From positions 1-38,664 of the forward strand of contig CAVWCX010000012.1 in NCBI GenBank assembly GCA_963753595.1: 38,664 bases of DNA. Reading direction: 5' to 3'. Source of the DNA: Candidatus Methanoperedenaceae archaeon. Its GTDB lineage: Archaea > Halobacteriota > Methanosarcinia > Methanosarcinales > Methanoperedenaceae. The stretch's first letter is position 1, and the number at the start of each line of letters is the position of its first letter. Below are positions 26,201 through 34,386 of this stretch, piece by piece. The translations under genes and the position numbers were made by a program. The notes under the pieces were generated by a model that ran no database searches, had not been told where the DNA came from, and saw nothing but the letters and a program-made list of their open reading frames with translations.

Positions 26201-26329
26201 GCATATATGGCAGAGCAGATGCCTGAACTTTTGCCAAAAGTCATGGATAACCTGATGCCGCATATGATCGATGATGTGGTGCCGCTTGTTACACAGCCGA
26301 TGATCGATTATCTAACCGGGAGGAAGTGA
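23261..26329 (+). CDS. FAD-binding (GlcD/D-lactate dehydrogenase-like) oxidoreductase fused to 2x[4Fe-4S] and CCG (GlcF/HdrD-like) domains
   Basis: PRGKATSGYGG, STVGGWLAQGG, DPKNIMNPGK; CSQCGYCIDEC and CTTCELCNLRC; FAGC, ENCCA, SCPAC, HDSCH, HCCG, LCPCC. Confidence 0.9.
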   Translation: MNSNNREYLEEKFKTRVTFDPVERMLYGHDLAAIPALVRPLIGNTTPDAVVQPQNEEELIDLVKWAVSNNVPLTPRGKATSGYGGAIPVNKGVVVDFYRMKKVLDIDANNLIVTVQPGITWEKLDAELNKQDLTIRLYPTSYPSSTVGGWLAQGGAGIGSFEYGYFRENVVSAKVVLPSGEVKDFAGDELELIADAEGITGLIAEVTLRIQPREETEVAGLACADANHLQELVNSIIGSKLPIWSMVFINPQMAQMKNRAPVMEHGGLRMQERVMLPAKYILTLAFRKKDSTTVRAALPGLANSFGAEVLSDKIAGHEWENRFKLMVVKRLGPSLVPSEVIVPLSSLGDVMGEIGKKISQPVVKEGVIIRNGINGEPEVVILGFIPGDQRKFSYNFVFGLVLSIMKIAQKHGGRPYATGLYFSKKADSVLGKERIDRLRTFKNKTDPKNIMNPGKVTSSGLMGIALDVAGTFEPIIRPLGNSVTTTIGERPLKQVRDIPADVAWYAYSCSQCGYCIDECDQFYGRGWESQSPRGKWYWLREYMEGRVEWDQKMVDTIISCTTCELCNLRCSAALPIEPSWMKLRGKLINEDKKMTFPPFEMMTEALDSQGNIWAGYRKDRSKWFPEDLKEKHGPMHKAKNVYFAGCTASFVEKDIGMASVRLLDAANVDFTYLGEKENCCATPMLVAGKWDAFEKTMKKNISAVKAAGADTVITSCPACDMMWRHVYPEWADKLGIDYTIKTKHYSEVVSEKIKSGEFKFKSGMEKPVTVTLHDSCHIGRASGVYDPPRDVIKAIPGVKFVEMSSNREKAHCCGSVLTLLKEPDAAADIGKIRLDEAVEAGAQKVLALCPCCQFQLRVSAQARNIPIEVIDLATFASSALGYDFPDPNPEVRAQWAVFEKMIVLMTPGGFAELMGTMWPELINAMPYGMGPMMRMMGKIPGALTLMKPLFPVLFPILLPGMMPGVMPVMLERVGKMIPMPAYMAEQMPELLPKVMDNLMPHMIDDVVPLVTQPMIDYLTGRK

Positions 26330-26390
26330 CATGGATTGAACATATCCTCCCCAACTTTTTCCATATCAAAAATACTACTTTTTCTATATG

Positions 26391-27161
26391 TTAACAATCA
26401 TGCTTCTTGCACTCAAGGAGCATTTCCTCAAAAGTATAATTTTCGGGCATTACACCCACATTTACGCCAAACCCAAGCAATGTATCACAGGTAGGTTTAC
26501 CAATAGCTGCTACCATCTTTTGATTCATTATCCGGATAATCTCATCTTTTACTCCCGCCTCATCTGCCAGCTTCATGAAATTCCTGGCCATCATTGTGCT
26601 TGTGAATGCAAAAATATCCACTTCACCTGCAAGCGCCTTTTTTAAAAGCGCATCATGCCGCTCATCTTTAGGGGAGATTATCTGGTACACCTGCGTTTCA
26701 TTTACAACTGCCCCTTTTTCAAGAAGCCCTCTTACAAGTTCAGGCGCTCCATGGCTGCTCCTTGCTATTTCTATACTTGCCCCTTCAATTCCAGAAAGTT
26801 CTTTAACAAGACCTGAAGAACTATAAGAAGCAGGCATCATAGTGACATGAATTCCGTTTTTCAACAGTGCATCTCTTGTCTTCGGGCCGATCGCTATGAC
26901 ATTGGTTTCATTGAGCCGTTCAATAAATTCATCCGGGTATTTCATCTTCAATAAAGTGAACTCAACCCCGTTAGCGCTTGTGAATATGATATAATCTGCC
27001 TCTCCCCTCATAATACGATCCAAAAATCCTTTGAAATTTAAATCGGTCTTATCCATTACATCGATCATGGGTGCTGTTATGGTGGAAAAACCCATTGAAG
27101 TGGCAAGCCTGACCGACTCTGCCAGATATCCGGCAGGTCTCATAATAGCTATTACTTTCAT
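26391..27161 (-). CDS. hemD: Uroporphyrinogen-III synthase
   Basis: IIFTSANGV, AIGPKT, FTS, AAIGKPT; last gene of the hem operon. Confidence 0.92.
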   Translation of the reverse strand: MKVIAIMRPAGYLAESVRLATSMGFSTITAPMIDVMDKTDLNFKGFLDRIMRGEADYIIFTSANGVEFTLLKMKYPDEFIERLNETNVIAIGPKTRDALLKNGIHVTMMPASYSSSGLVKELSGIEGASIEIARSSHGAPELVRGLLEKGAVVNETQVYQIISPKDERHDALLKKALAGEVDIFAFTSTMMARNFMKLADEAGVKDEIIRIMNQKMVAAIGKPTCDTLLGFGVNVGVMPENYTFEEMLLECKKHDC

Positions 27162-27170
27162 TTCGATCTT

Positions 27171-27908
27171 TCAGGGAGCAAGCTCGTGATGCAATTTTAC
27201 AACATCACCTATCACGGTTATTGCCGGGGCTTTCACCTTTCGCTGTTTACAAAGACCTACAATATCAGCAAGCGTTCCAATGGTGACCCGCTGGTCAGGC
27301 CGTGTTCCTCTTTCAATAACAGCTACCGGGGTATCTGCAGATTTACCGTGTTTCATTAATTCTTTCACATTACGTTCAAGCATACTGACGCCCATCAGTA
27401 TAACAAGTGTTCCCTCAAATTTTGCAAGAAGTCCCCAGTCAAGAGCAGTTTCTTCCTTTTCAGGGTCTTCATGTCCTGTAATGAAAGTGACCATGGATGC
27501 ATAATCGCGATGCGTAATTGGAATTCCGGCATAAGCAGGAACTGCTATTGCTGAAGTGATCCCCGGCACAACTTCGACCTTGATACCTTCTGATGCAAGA
27601 GTCTGGGCTTCCTCGCCTCCGCGGCCGAAAAGATACGGGTCTCCGCCTTTTAAGCGCAGGACGATCTTTCCTTCTTTTGCCCTTTTGACAAGGAGCTCAT
27701 TTATCTGCCACTGGGAAAGCTTGTGATTCCCTGCATATTTACCAACATCGATCTTCTCTGCAGATTCCGGCAGCATGTCAAGTATAGCTTTACCCGGAAG
27801 CTGGTCATAAAGAATGACCTCGGCGCTCTCTATCAGTCTTTTTGCTTTGATCGTCAGAAGCTCCGGGTCACCTGGACCTGAGCCTACTAGATAAACTTTC
27901 CCTTTCAT
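27171..27908 (-). CDS. cobA: Uroporphyrinogen-III C-methyltransferase (SUMT)
   Basis: VYLVGSGPGDPELLT, RLKGGDPYLFGRGGEE, VPGITS. Confidence 0.96.
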   Translation of the reverse strand: MKGKVYLVGSGPGDPELLTIKAKRLIESAEVILYDQLPGKAILDMLPESAEKIDVGKYAGNHKLSQWQINELLVKRAKEGKIVLRLKGGDPYLFGRGGEEAQTLASEGIKVEVVPGITSAIAVPAYAGIPITHRDYASMVTFITGHEDPEKEETALDWGLLAKFEGTLVILMGVSMLERNVKELMKHGKSADTPVAVIERGTRPDQRVTIGTLADIVGLCKQRKVKAPAITVIGDVVKLHHELAP

Positions 27909-27910
27909 TA

Positions 27911-28852
27911 TTATCCTCTTTTGGCTGCAAACATTTTTACCGCCTCATCAACAAGTTTGCCGCCGCCTTTTTTATTTAACTCATTACCGATTCGCTCGGC
28001 TTCCTTTTCATACTCAGCGGGGTTTATAAATTCATCTATTTTTACGCACCGCTTCCCATCCACTGAGAGAACTTCAGTACGGACGTGTATTTCATTTCCC
28101 TCTGTTTGTGCAAAAGCGCCGATTGGAACAAGGCAGCCGCCGCCAAGAATCCCGATTATTATTCGTTCAATACGTGTTTCAAGCCGCGTCTGTTCGTCAT
28201 TTAAAACAAGGACTGCATTTTGCGCTTCCGAACCTTTCCTGGTAACTATGACCACTGTTCCCTGATTAGCGGATGGGACAAAATCGTCAGGATCAAGGCG
28301 TTCACCTGGCAGATCCCATTTCAGTCTCTCAAGTCCGGCTTGCGCAAGGAAAATACCGTCATATTGCCCTTCCTTAAGTTTACGAAGGCGTGTATCGATA
28401 TTACCGCGTAACTCCTTTATGTTGAAATCTGATCTGTATCTGGATAGCTGGGAGCGTCTTCTCAGGCTTGTAGTTCCAATGATCGAACCTTCAGGGAGGT
28501 CTTTTAATTTCGTATCGTTGCGCGTAAGCATGAAATCATAAGGTGAATCGCGTTTCATTACAGCGGCTATTGTAAGTTCCGGCGGCCTTTCCGTGGGAAC
28601 ATCCTTCATGCTATGCACAGCGATATCTATCTCACCCGCCAGCATCGAGTCGTCGATCTCACGCACAAAGACACCAAAACCCTGTACTTCATGCAGCGGC
28701 CTGTCAATGATCGCATCACCTGATGTTTTGATTATTATAATTTCCGTATCTACACCGTTTTTCAAAAGGAGATCTTTCACAAGGTTTGCCTGGGCAAGAG
28801 CCAGCTTGCTGCCCCTTGTTCCTATACGCAATGGTTTTTTGGGATTTTTCAT
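27911..28852 (-). CDS. hemC: Hydroxymethylbilane synthase (porphobilinogen deaminase)
   Basis: [46 protein letters not shown]. Confidence 0.97.
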   Translation of the reverse strand: MKNPKKPLRIGTRGSKLALAQANLVKDLLLKNGVDTEIIIIKTSGDAIIDRPLHEVQGFGVFVREIDDSMLAGEIDIAVHSMKDVPTERPPELTIAAVMKRDSPYDFMLTRNDTKLKDLPEGSIIGTTSLRRRSQLSRYRSDFNIKELRGNIDTRLRKLKEGQYDGIFLAQAGLERLKWDLPGERLDPDDFVPSANQGTVVIVTRKGSEAQNAVLVLNDEQTRLETRIERIIIGILGGGCLVPIGAFAQTEGNEIHVRTEVLSVDGKRCVKIDEFINPAEYEKEAERIGNELNKKGGGKLVDEAVKMFAAKRG

Positions 28853-30116
28853 TTCAGGTTCCTTTGGTAAGCTTTTAAGGTTTTATCCATGTCATCTTTC
28901 GAATGGGCAAGGGACAGGAAATTCGTCTCAAACTGCGAAGGCGGTAAAAATATCCCATCATCCAGCATTTTCTTGAAAAATACATTGAATTTAGCTGTAT
29001 CACATTTCAGGGCTTCCTGGTAATTAGAAGGCATATCCCCGAAGAATACCTTGAACATGCTCCCCACACCGCTCACGTTGTAATCAAGTCCAAGATCGGT
29101 TATGATATCAGATAGTCCTGACCGTAATGAATCCCCGGCATCATTTACTTTGTCATGGACTTTCTCTTTTTTGAGTGTTCTTATCATTGCAAGTCCTGCT
29201 GTCATCGAAACCGGGCTGCCATTGAATGTCCCTGCCTGGTAAACAGGTCCGGCGGGTGAAATTTTCTCCATTATTTCACGCTTTCCACCGATCACCCCGA
29301 TATGGAAACCGCCGCCAAGTATCTTTCCCAGGGTTGTCATATCAGGAGTTATACCGTAATATTCCTGCGCACCACCCATGGCAAGCCTGAATCCTGTAAT
29401 TACTTCATCGAAGATCAATACGACATCATTTTCTTTTGTTACTGCGCGGACCTCTTTCAGATACCCTTTTTTTGGTAATATCGGCCCGATATTTCCAAGT
29501 ACGGGTTCTATGATCACTGCCGCCACATCGTCTTTATAAGCAGCAATTGCTTCTGTCATGGCCTCGATATCGTTATATGGCACCTGGAGTGTATTCTTCG
29601 TGAAATCTTTCGGTACGCCTGCAGAGTCGGGTGTACCAAGTGTAGTTGCGCCAGAACCCTGCTTTTACCAGCACCGCTTCATGAGCGCCATGGAAGCCTC
29701 CTTCGATCTTGATGAATCTTGTTCTTTCCTGTGAAACCTCTTGCCGCACGCAGCGCTCCCATTGTCGCTTCTGTTCCTGTGGAGACAAATCGCACCATGT
29801 CAATGCTCTTGTATAATTTTATAATTTCATTTGCAAGAGACACTTCAAGTTCGCTCGGGGTTCCGTAAAGCCAGCCGTCATCAAGCTGTTTGATAATAGC
29901 TTCCTTTATCGCAGGATGGTTATGGCCTAAAAGCAATGGCCCATAACCCATTACGTAATCGATATATTCATTACCATCAATATCGGTTAACTTTGAACCG
30001 TTCGCTCTTTTTGTATAAAATGGATATGGTTTTATTGCTCTGACAGGGCTGCTTACGCCCCCGGGAAGTATTTTCCTGGCTTCATCGAATAATTTTCTTG
30101 ATTTCTCTGTTCCCAT
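28849..30116 (-). CDS. hemL: Glutamate-1-semialdehyde 2,1-aminomutase, interrupted by two +1 insertions (~29714, ~29658)
   Basis: [50 protein letters not shown] spread over three frames. Confidence 0.95.
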
Positions 30117-30162
30117 GGGTTACTCAAATTAGGGGATAAACTAATATAATTTGTGTTTTAGT

Positions 30163-30177
30163 AAAAAAAATAAAAAA
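30163..30177 (-). terminator. Oligo-T terminator after tRNA-Asp
   Basis: TTTTTTATTTTTTTT directly 3' of the tRNA on the minus strand. Confidence 0.6.
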
Positions 30178-30250
30178 CGTCCGGGCCGGGATTTGAACCC
30201 GGGTCGGAGACTCGACAGGCCTCCATGATAGGCCGCTACACTATCCGGAC
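30178..30250 (-). tRNA. tRNA-Asp(GTC), no intron, CCA not encoded
   Basis: GTCCGGATAGTGTAGCGGCCTATCATGGAGGCCTGTCGAGTCTCCGACCCGGGTTCAAATCCCGGCCCGGACG; anticodon loop CT-GTC-GA, T-loop GTTCAAATC, discriminator G; one A:C mismatch at acceptor pair 7. Confidence 0.95.
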
Positions 30251-30280
30251 TTTGGGGGGATTTTCCTTTATGGTTTAGAT

Positions 30281-30298
30281 GCATTTAAGCCTTTTGAT
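30281..30298 (-). promoter_or_regulatory. Putative BRE-TATA promoter of tRNA-Asp
   Basis: Minus strand AAAAGG-CTTAAAT about 33-45 nt upstream of the mature tRNA. Confidence 0.5.
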
Positions 30299-30327
30299 AA
30301 GGAAATCCAAAATGAGCTGAATAATAG

Positions 30328-31386
30328 TCATTGTGTCTTTATCTCATACCCATCAAACATCTTTCTCATAATTGTATCCTGGCATGTACCAAATCCTGGA
30401 GTTGCGATCTTTTGACCAGACAGGCCATCGATCGAAGTAATATTAGAATCCGCCCTGACGACAAGGGAAGTCCCTCCTGAATTCACACCACTTACGATAT
30501 GTATCCGCCCGTTTTCATTTATTTTATATCTTAAAAGCACGGAGGTCCCGGCTATTGCTGCATCGATTTCCTGGTGATTCAAGGCATCTGTTACTGCCCT
30601 GCCGCTTCTGTAACCTATTAACTGGAGATTCTTTCCGGTAACAAGCCCGACTTTCTCAAAATAACCCAGTTTCTGGGCTACATATATCGCAAAATAATGT
30701 GAATTTCCCTCTATGTATCCAAACCTGATGCTCTTATTAACGCGCGGAGGGACCCAATTCGGGTCATCGTCCAGGTTTTTTCTTACCTCATCGTAATATT
30801 TATTAATATATAATTTAGAGAGAAAATCATCAACATCCGTATATCCTAAGGAACTAATATTGTTCGTTAAAATACCGGTTTTACTCATAATGTCAATGGC
30901 TCTTTTTGTTTCGTTAAGGTCGGGATATTCTATATAAATAGTATTATTGATGACCGCTGAAGTCATATTTTCATTAATACCTGAGAATTCCTGTCCATAT
31001 TCCAGGACTATTTCCCGGTTTACCGGATTATTAATGAACCTTGTTCCTTTAACTTCTGCCCATACCAGGGCTTTTATCATATCTTCATCCTTCAGGTCTT
31101 CTGATATAGCAAGAACACAGGATGGATGGTTCTCCCAGATGTCCTTAGAATTTACAAGATACTTGCCATAACCCTCGGAAACTGCTTTTGAAGGGTTTGG
31201 TTCCCAGGAAATAAAACCCGCTATGGAATTATTCACAAGCGCCTTTGACATCTCATCTGCTGTCATCGATACGACATAAATTGATTTTTGATCGCTGGAT
31301 CTGGCAGTTTTATCAGATGTTTCATAAAACATGAATCCTGAGGCCACTACTAATACGATCGCACCCAATATAATATAATTCTTCAT
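30328..31386 (-). CDS. SsuA/NrtA/NMT1-like solute-binding protein, circularly permuted, N-terminal membrane anchor
   Basis: M..AL...IAGFISWEP...DIWENHPSCVL precedes IRFGY...VAQKLGYF...LVVRADSNITSIDGLSGQKIATPGFGTCQD, the reverse of the usual order. Confidence 0.85.
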   Translation of the reverse strand: MKNYIILGAIVLVVASGFMFYETSDKTARSSDQKSIYVVSMTADEMSKALVNNSIAGFISWEPNPSKAVSEGYGKYLVNSKDIWENHPSCVLAISEDLKDEDMIKALVWAEVKGTRFINNPVNREIVLEYGQEFSGINENMTSAVINNTIYIEYPDLNETKRAIDIMSKTGILTNNISSLGYTDVDDFLSKLYINKYYDEVRKNLDDDPNWVPPRVNKSIRFGYIEGNSHYFAIYVAQKLGYFEKVGLVTGKNLQLIGYRSGRAVTDALNHQEIDAAIAGTSVLLRYKINENGRIHIVSGVNSGGTSLVVRADSNITSIDGLSGQKIATPGFGTCQDTIMRKMFDGYEIKTQ

Positions 31387-31393
31387 ATTATGA

Positions 31394-33199
31394 TCAACCC
31401 TTTTTTAATTTGAAACTGAAAGTACTGCTCTTCCCGGGTTCACTTTCTACATGAATTACGCTTCCATGTGCCCTGATAATTCCGCTTGATATAGAAAGGC
31501 CGAGTCCGCATCCGCCAGTTTTTCTTCTTGAAGAACTGTCAACCTGATAAAACTTATCAAATATCTTTTCAAGTTTTTCTTTATCAATCCCGATACCTGT
31601 GTCTTTCATACTGACCTCTATCCCGTCCGCATCTTCTTTTGCGCTAAGGATAATAGTTCCGCCCGCAGGTGTAAATTTTACTGCGTTCTCAAAGAGATTA
31701 TTCAGCACAATAATAAGCTTTTCCATATCAGCCATAACAGGGGAAAGATCATCGGGAACATCCATTATTATAGATATATTTTTTGTAAGGGCAACCTGTT
31801 TTATGTTCTCATATGATGCATCCGCTATTTCTCTTATCCCGATAATATCCAGTTTGAGTTCTGTCTTTCCTGCTTCGATCTTCGAAAGGTCAAGAATATC
31901 ATTTATGAGCCTGGTCTGGCGGTCAATATTTCTCAGGATTATCTGAAGTATCTCTTTCCGGTCAGCAGGGGTGATATTTGCATCAGATTCCAGATACTCA
32001 GCCGATATCTTCATAGATGAGAGAGGTGTTTTCAATTCATGGGAAACAAGAGAAAGAAAATCAGATTTCAATTCATCTAATTTTTTCAATTCTTCATTTG
32101 CGGCGATCAGTTCTTTATTCTTTATTTCAAGGTCTTTATTTGCTATATCAATTTTCATTTCAAGCTTTTTCCTTATATCAAGGAGTTCACAAGCAGTTGA
32201 ATTGAATATCTCGGTCAGCCGACCGATCTCATTCCTTGATGAGACAGTTATAGGCTTGAAATTCCCGCGAAGCAGTCCAAGAGCCCCCCCTTCAAGAGAT
32301 TTGACGGGTCTTGTGATGTTACCCGAAACAACTAAAGCAAGAAAGACCACCCCCATTACTGCCAATATTGAAATACCCACCATCACACGTCCCAGTATCA
32401 GTACGCCAGCATAGGCCTCATCGATATTCTTTTCTGCTATGAGTCCCCATCTGTAAAGCGGCAGCCAGTAATAAGAGCCAAGCACATTTTCCCCGTTATA
32501 ATTGACATATTCGTTGATACCATTTTTTTCATATGTGACTTCCCTTACTGCGAAATTATTATCAATGTTATTGAGCAGGATAAGTGACTGGTTCTTATGG
32601 AATATTATCTCCCCCTTCTGGTTGACAATAAATACCTCACCTGATTTTCCAATGTCGATCTTTTCTATTATCCTGTACAGGTTATCAAGGCTTATTCGCG
32701 CTGCCAAAACTCCCACTATTTGCCCATTCTTCCATATTGGATTACTTATTATTATTTCAGGGATATCTGTGGTATTGGATTTATAAACATCCGATACATA
32801 TATTTTTCCTTTTAAAGCCTCGATAAAATAAATTTCTCTTCTTTCATTTCCTGTTCGGTTAATATTAGAGAAGATTATATTTCCATCAATGTCAAGTTTA
32901 TAGAATTCCCTGTATACGCCCTTGTGTTCGCGTTCAAAGGTGTCCAGGAACTCTTTGAAGTGTTCTTTTTCCGTTGTCAGGGTTACCCTGGATTGGGATA
33001 TTACACGAATATCATCTTTCCTTGCATCCATCCAGTTATCGATCACATTTCCGGTATTTTCGGTCGCCCCAAGCAGGTTGGACATCACCGAATCACGGAT
33101 AGCTAACTTACTATACTCATAAGATATGTAAACAACCGCGGATAAAGGTACTACTGATATGATCAAAAAAAAGATAATCAGTTCTGACCGTAATCTCAC
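31394..33199 (-). CDS. Membrane sensor histidine kinase (TM-dCache-TM-HAMP-HisKA-HATPase)
   Basis: H box VSHELKTPL, N box NLFENAVKFT, DTGIGI, GCGLGLSI; HAMP NEIGRL. Confidence 0.95.
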   Translation of the reverse strand: MRLRSELIIFFLIISVVPLSAVVYISYEYSKLAIRDSVMSNLLGATENTGNVIDNWMDARKDDIRVISQSRVTLTTEKEHFKEFLDTFEREHKGVYREFYKLDIDGNIIFSNINRTGNERREIYFIEALKGKIYVSDVYKSNTTDIPEIIISNPIWKNGQIVGVLAARISLDNLYRIIEKIDIGKSGEVFIVNQKGEIIFHKNQSLILLNNIDNNFAVREVTYEKNGINEYVNYNGENVLGSYYWLPLYRWGLIAEKNIDEAYAGVLILGRVMVGISILAVMGVVFLALVVSGNITRPVKSLEGGALGLLRGNFKPITVSSRNEIGRLTEIFNSTACELLDIRKKLEMKIDIANKDLEIKNKELIAANEELKKLDELKSDFLSLVSHELKTPLSSMKISAEYLESDANITPADRKEILQIILRNIDRQTRLINDILDLSKIEAGKTELKLDIIGIREIADASYENIKQVALTKNISIIMDVPDDLSPVMADMEKLIIVLNNLFENAVKFTPAGGTIILSAKEDADGIEVSMKDTGIGIDKEKLEKIFDKFYQVDSSSRRKTGGCGLGLSISSGIIRAHGSVIHVESEPGKSSTFSFKLKKG

Positions 33200-33220
33200 A
33201 CGTCCCTCTCAATATCATTT

Positions 33221-33733
33221 TTAATTTTTTGCCCTTCGAAGAACACTTTTTATGCGGGCTCTCAATTCATTAAGGTTGAAAGGTTTTGTCACATAATCAT
33301 CGGCGCCAATATCCAGGCCTTTAACTTTATCCCTGACTGCATCTTTCGCAGTAAGAATAATAACCGGAATATTTTTTGTCATGGGATCTTTTTTTAATTT
33401 TTCGCACACTTCATAGCCATCCATTTCAGGCATCATAAGGTCAAGGAGTATAATGTCAGGAATCTCGGTTTTAGCTTTAATAAGTGCCTCTTTTCCATTG
33501 CTTGCTCCAACGACAATGTAATCTTCGGCTTCAAGAGATCTCTTTAAAGGCAGAAGTGTATCGATCTCATCATCAACTAACAGGATCTTTGATCTTGTAT
33601 CTGAAAACCTTTCTATCCTTAGTGTCACTTCATCTTCAGGAATTCCAAGTACTATGGAAATCTCGGAATTGGATATTTTCTCATTTTTCTTTAATAATTC
33701 AATTATTTTATTATCTATAACATCTCCATTCAT
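33221..33733 (-). CDS. Response regulator with N-terminal AsnC/Lrp-like HTH and receiver domain
   Basis: IDNKIIELLKKNEKISNSEISIVLG...RIERF, then LLVDDE, LLDLMMPEMDG, LTAK, DDYVTKPF. Confidence 0.9.
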   Translation of the reverse strand: MNGDVIDNKIIELLKKNEKISNSEISIVLGIPEDEVTLRIERFSDTRSKILLVDDEIDTLLPLKRSLEAEDYIVVGASNGKEALIKAKTEIPDIILLDLMMPEMDGYEVCEKLKKDPMTKNIPVIILTAKDAVRDKVKGLDIGADDYVTKPFNLNELRARIKSVLRRAKN

Positions 33734-34035
33734 AGTTTTCCACCACCGTTCATAAGATGTTTCAGATCATCATTGATCTTTAGCAGGTATTTAGTCAGTT
33801 CGTTATCCATATTCAGCCTGAACACACGGATCTGTTTTCCCAGCGGTTTTTCGGTAATTACATTAATATCAAGGAGCGGCTCTATTACCCGTGATACAGT
33901 GGAATGGGAAAGGCCTGTAACTGCAGCGATCCCTGACAGGTATGTATCATTGTCCTTATTATCAAGCAAATGCTCAAGGACTACCAGCTGTGCTGTTTTG
34001 CCAAAGATTTTTTCAAGAAAATTGGGATTTTGCAT
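33730..34035 (-). CDS. Winged-helix DNA-binding protein; start placed at ATG 34035
   Basis: LSGIAAVTGLSHSTVSRVIEPL HTH and wing GKQIRVFRLN; ATGA overlap with the response regulator. Confidence 0.85.
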   Translation of the reverse strand: MQNPNFLEKIFGKTAQLVVLEHLLDNKDNDTYLSGIAAVTGLSHSTVSRVIEPLLDINVITEKPLGKQIRVFRLNMDNELTKYLLKINDDLKHLMNGGGKL

Positions 34036-34209
34036 AAATAAGATTAAGATTACCTTATTGTTATATAATAATATCCTTTTATTAGCACCCCTATATTTCA
34101 AAGTTTAAACCATAGTTTATATTTAAATTTATCACCATATTTATTACTACTTGAATTTGAATATGTGTGACTTAACCGTAAATGTTATATACAATATAAT
34201 ATATGTATA

Positions 34210-34367
34210 GACTTGTCGATGAATAGTCCAGAATGAAAATGGGTGGCTATCGGCGGGTTGGGAAGTGGGGGTATTAATAACCATATCGGGGTTTGAGATT
34301 GATGCCTCCAACTCAACCCCCCTTCCTTATTAATATTATCAGTTCTATCCTGACTATAGTCAAGTTC
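34210..34367 (+). ncRNA. Candidate structured RNA or structured 5' leader of uvrC
   Basis: GC-rich intergenic stretch with hand-found nested complementary segments, starting ~25 nt after TTATATA (34185-34191). Family not recognised. Confidence 0.3.
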
Positions 34368-34386
34368 GAAAAAAGCCAGAATATCC

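Noticed and set aside
30178-30250. tRNA-Asp as an integration site, or an editing substrate given the A7:C66 mismatch
   Set aside because: No integrase or duplicated tRNA end is seen; one mismatch in an error-prone assembly is weak evidence.
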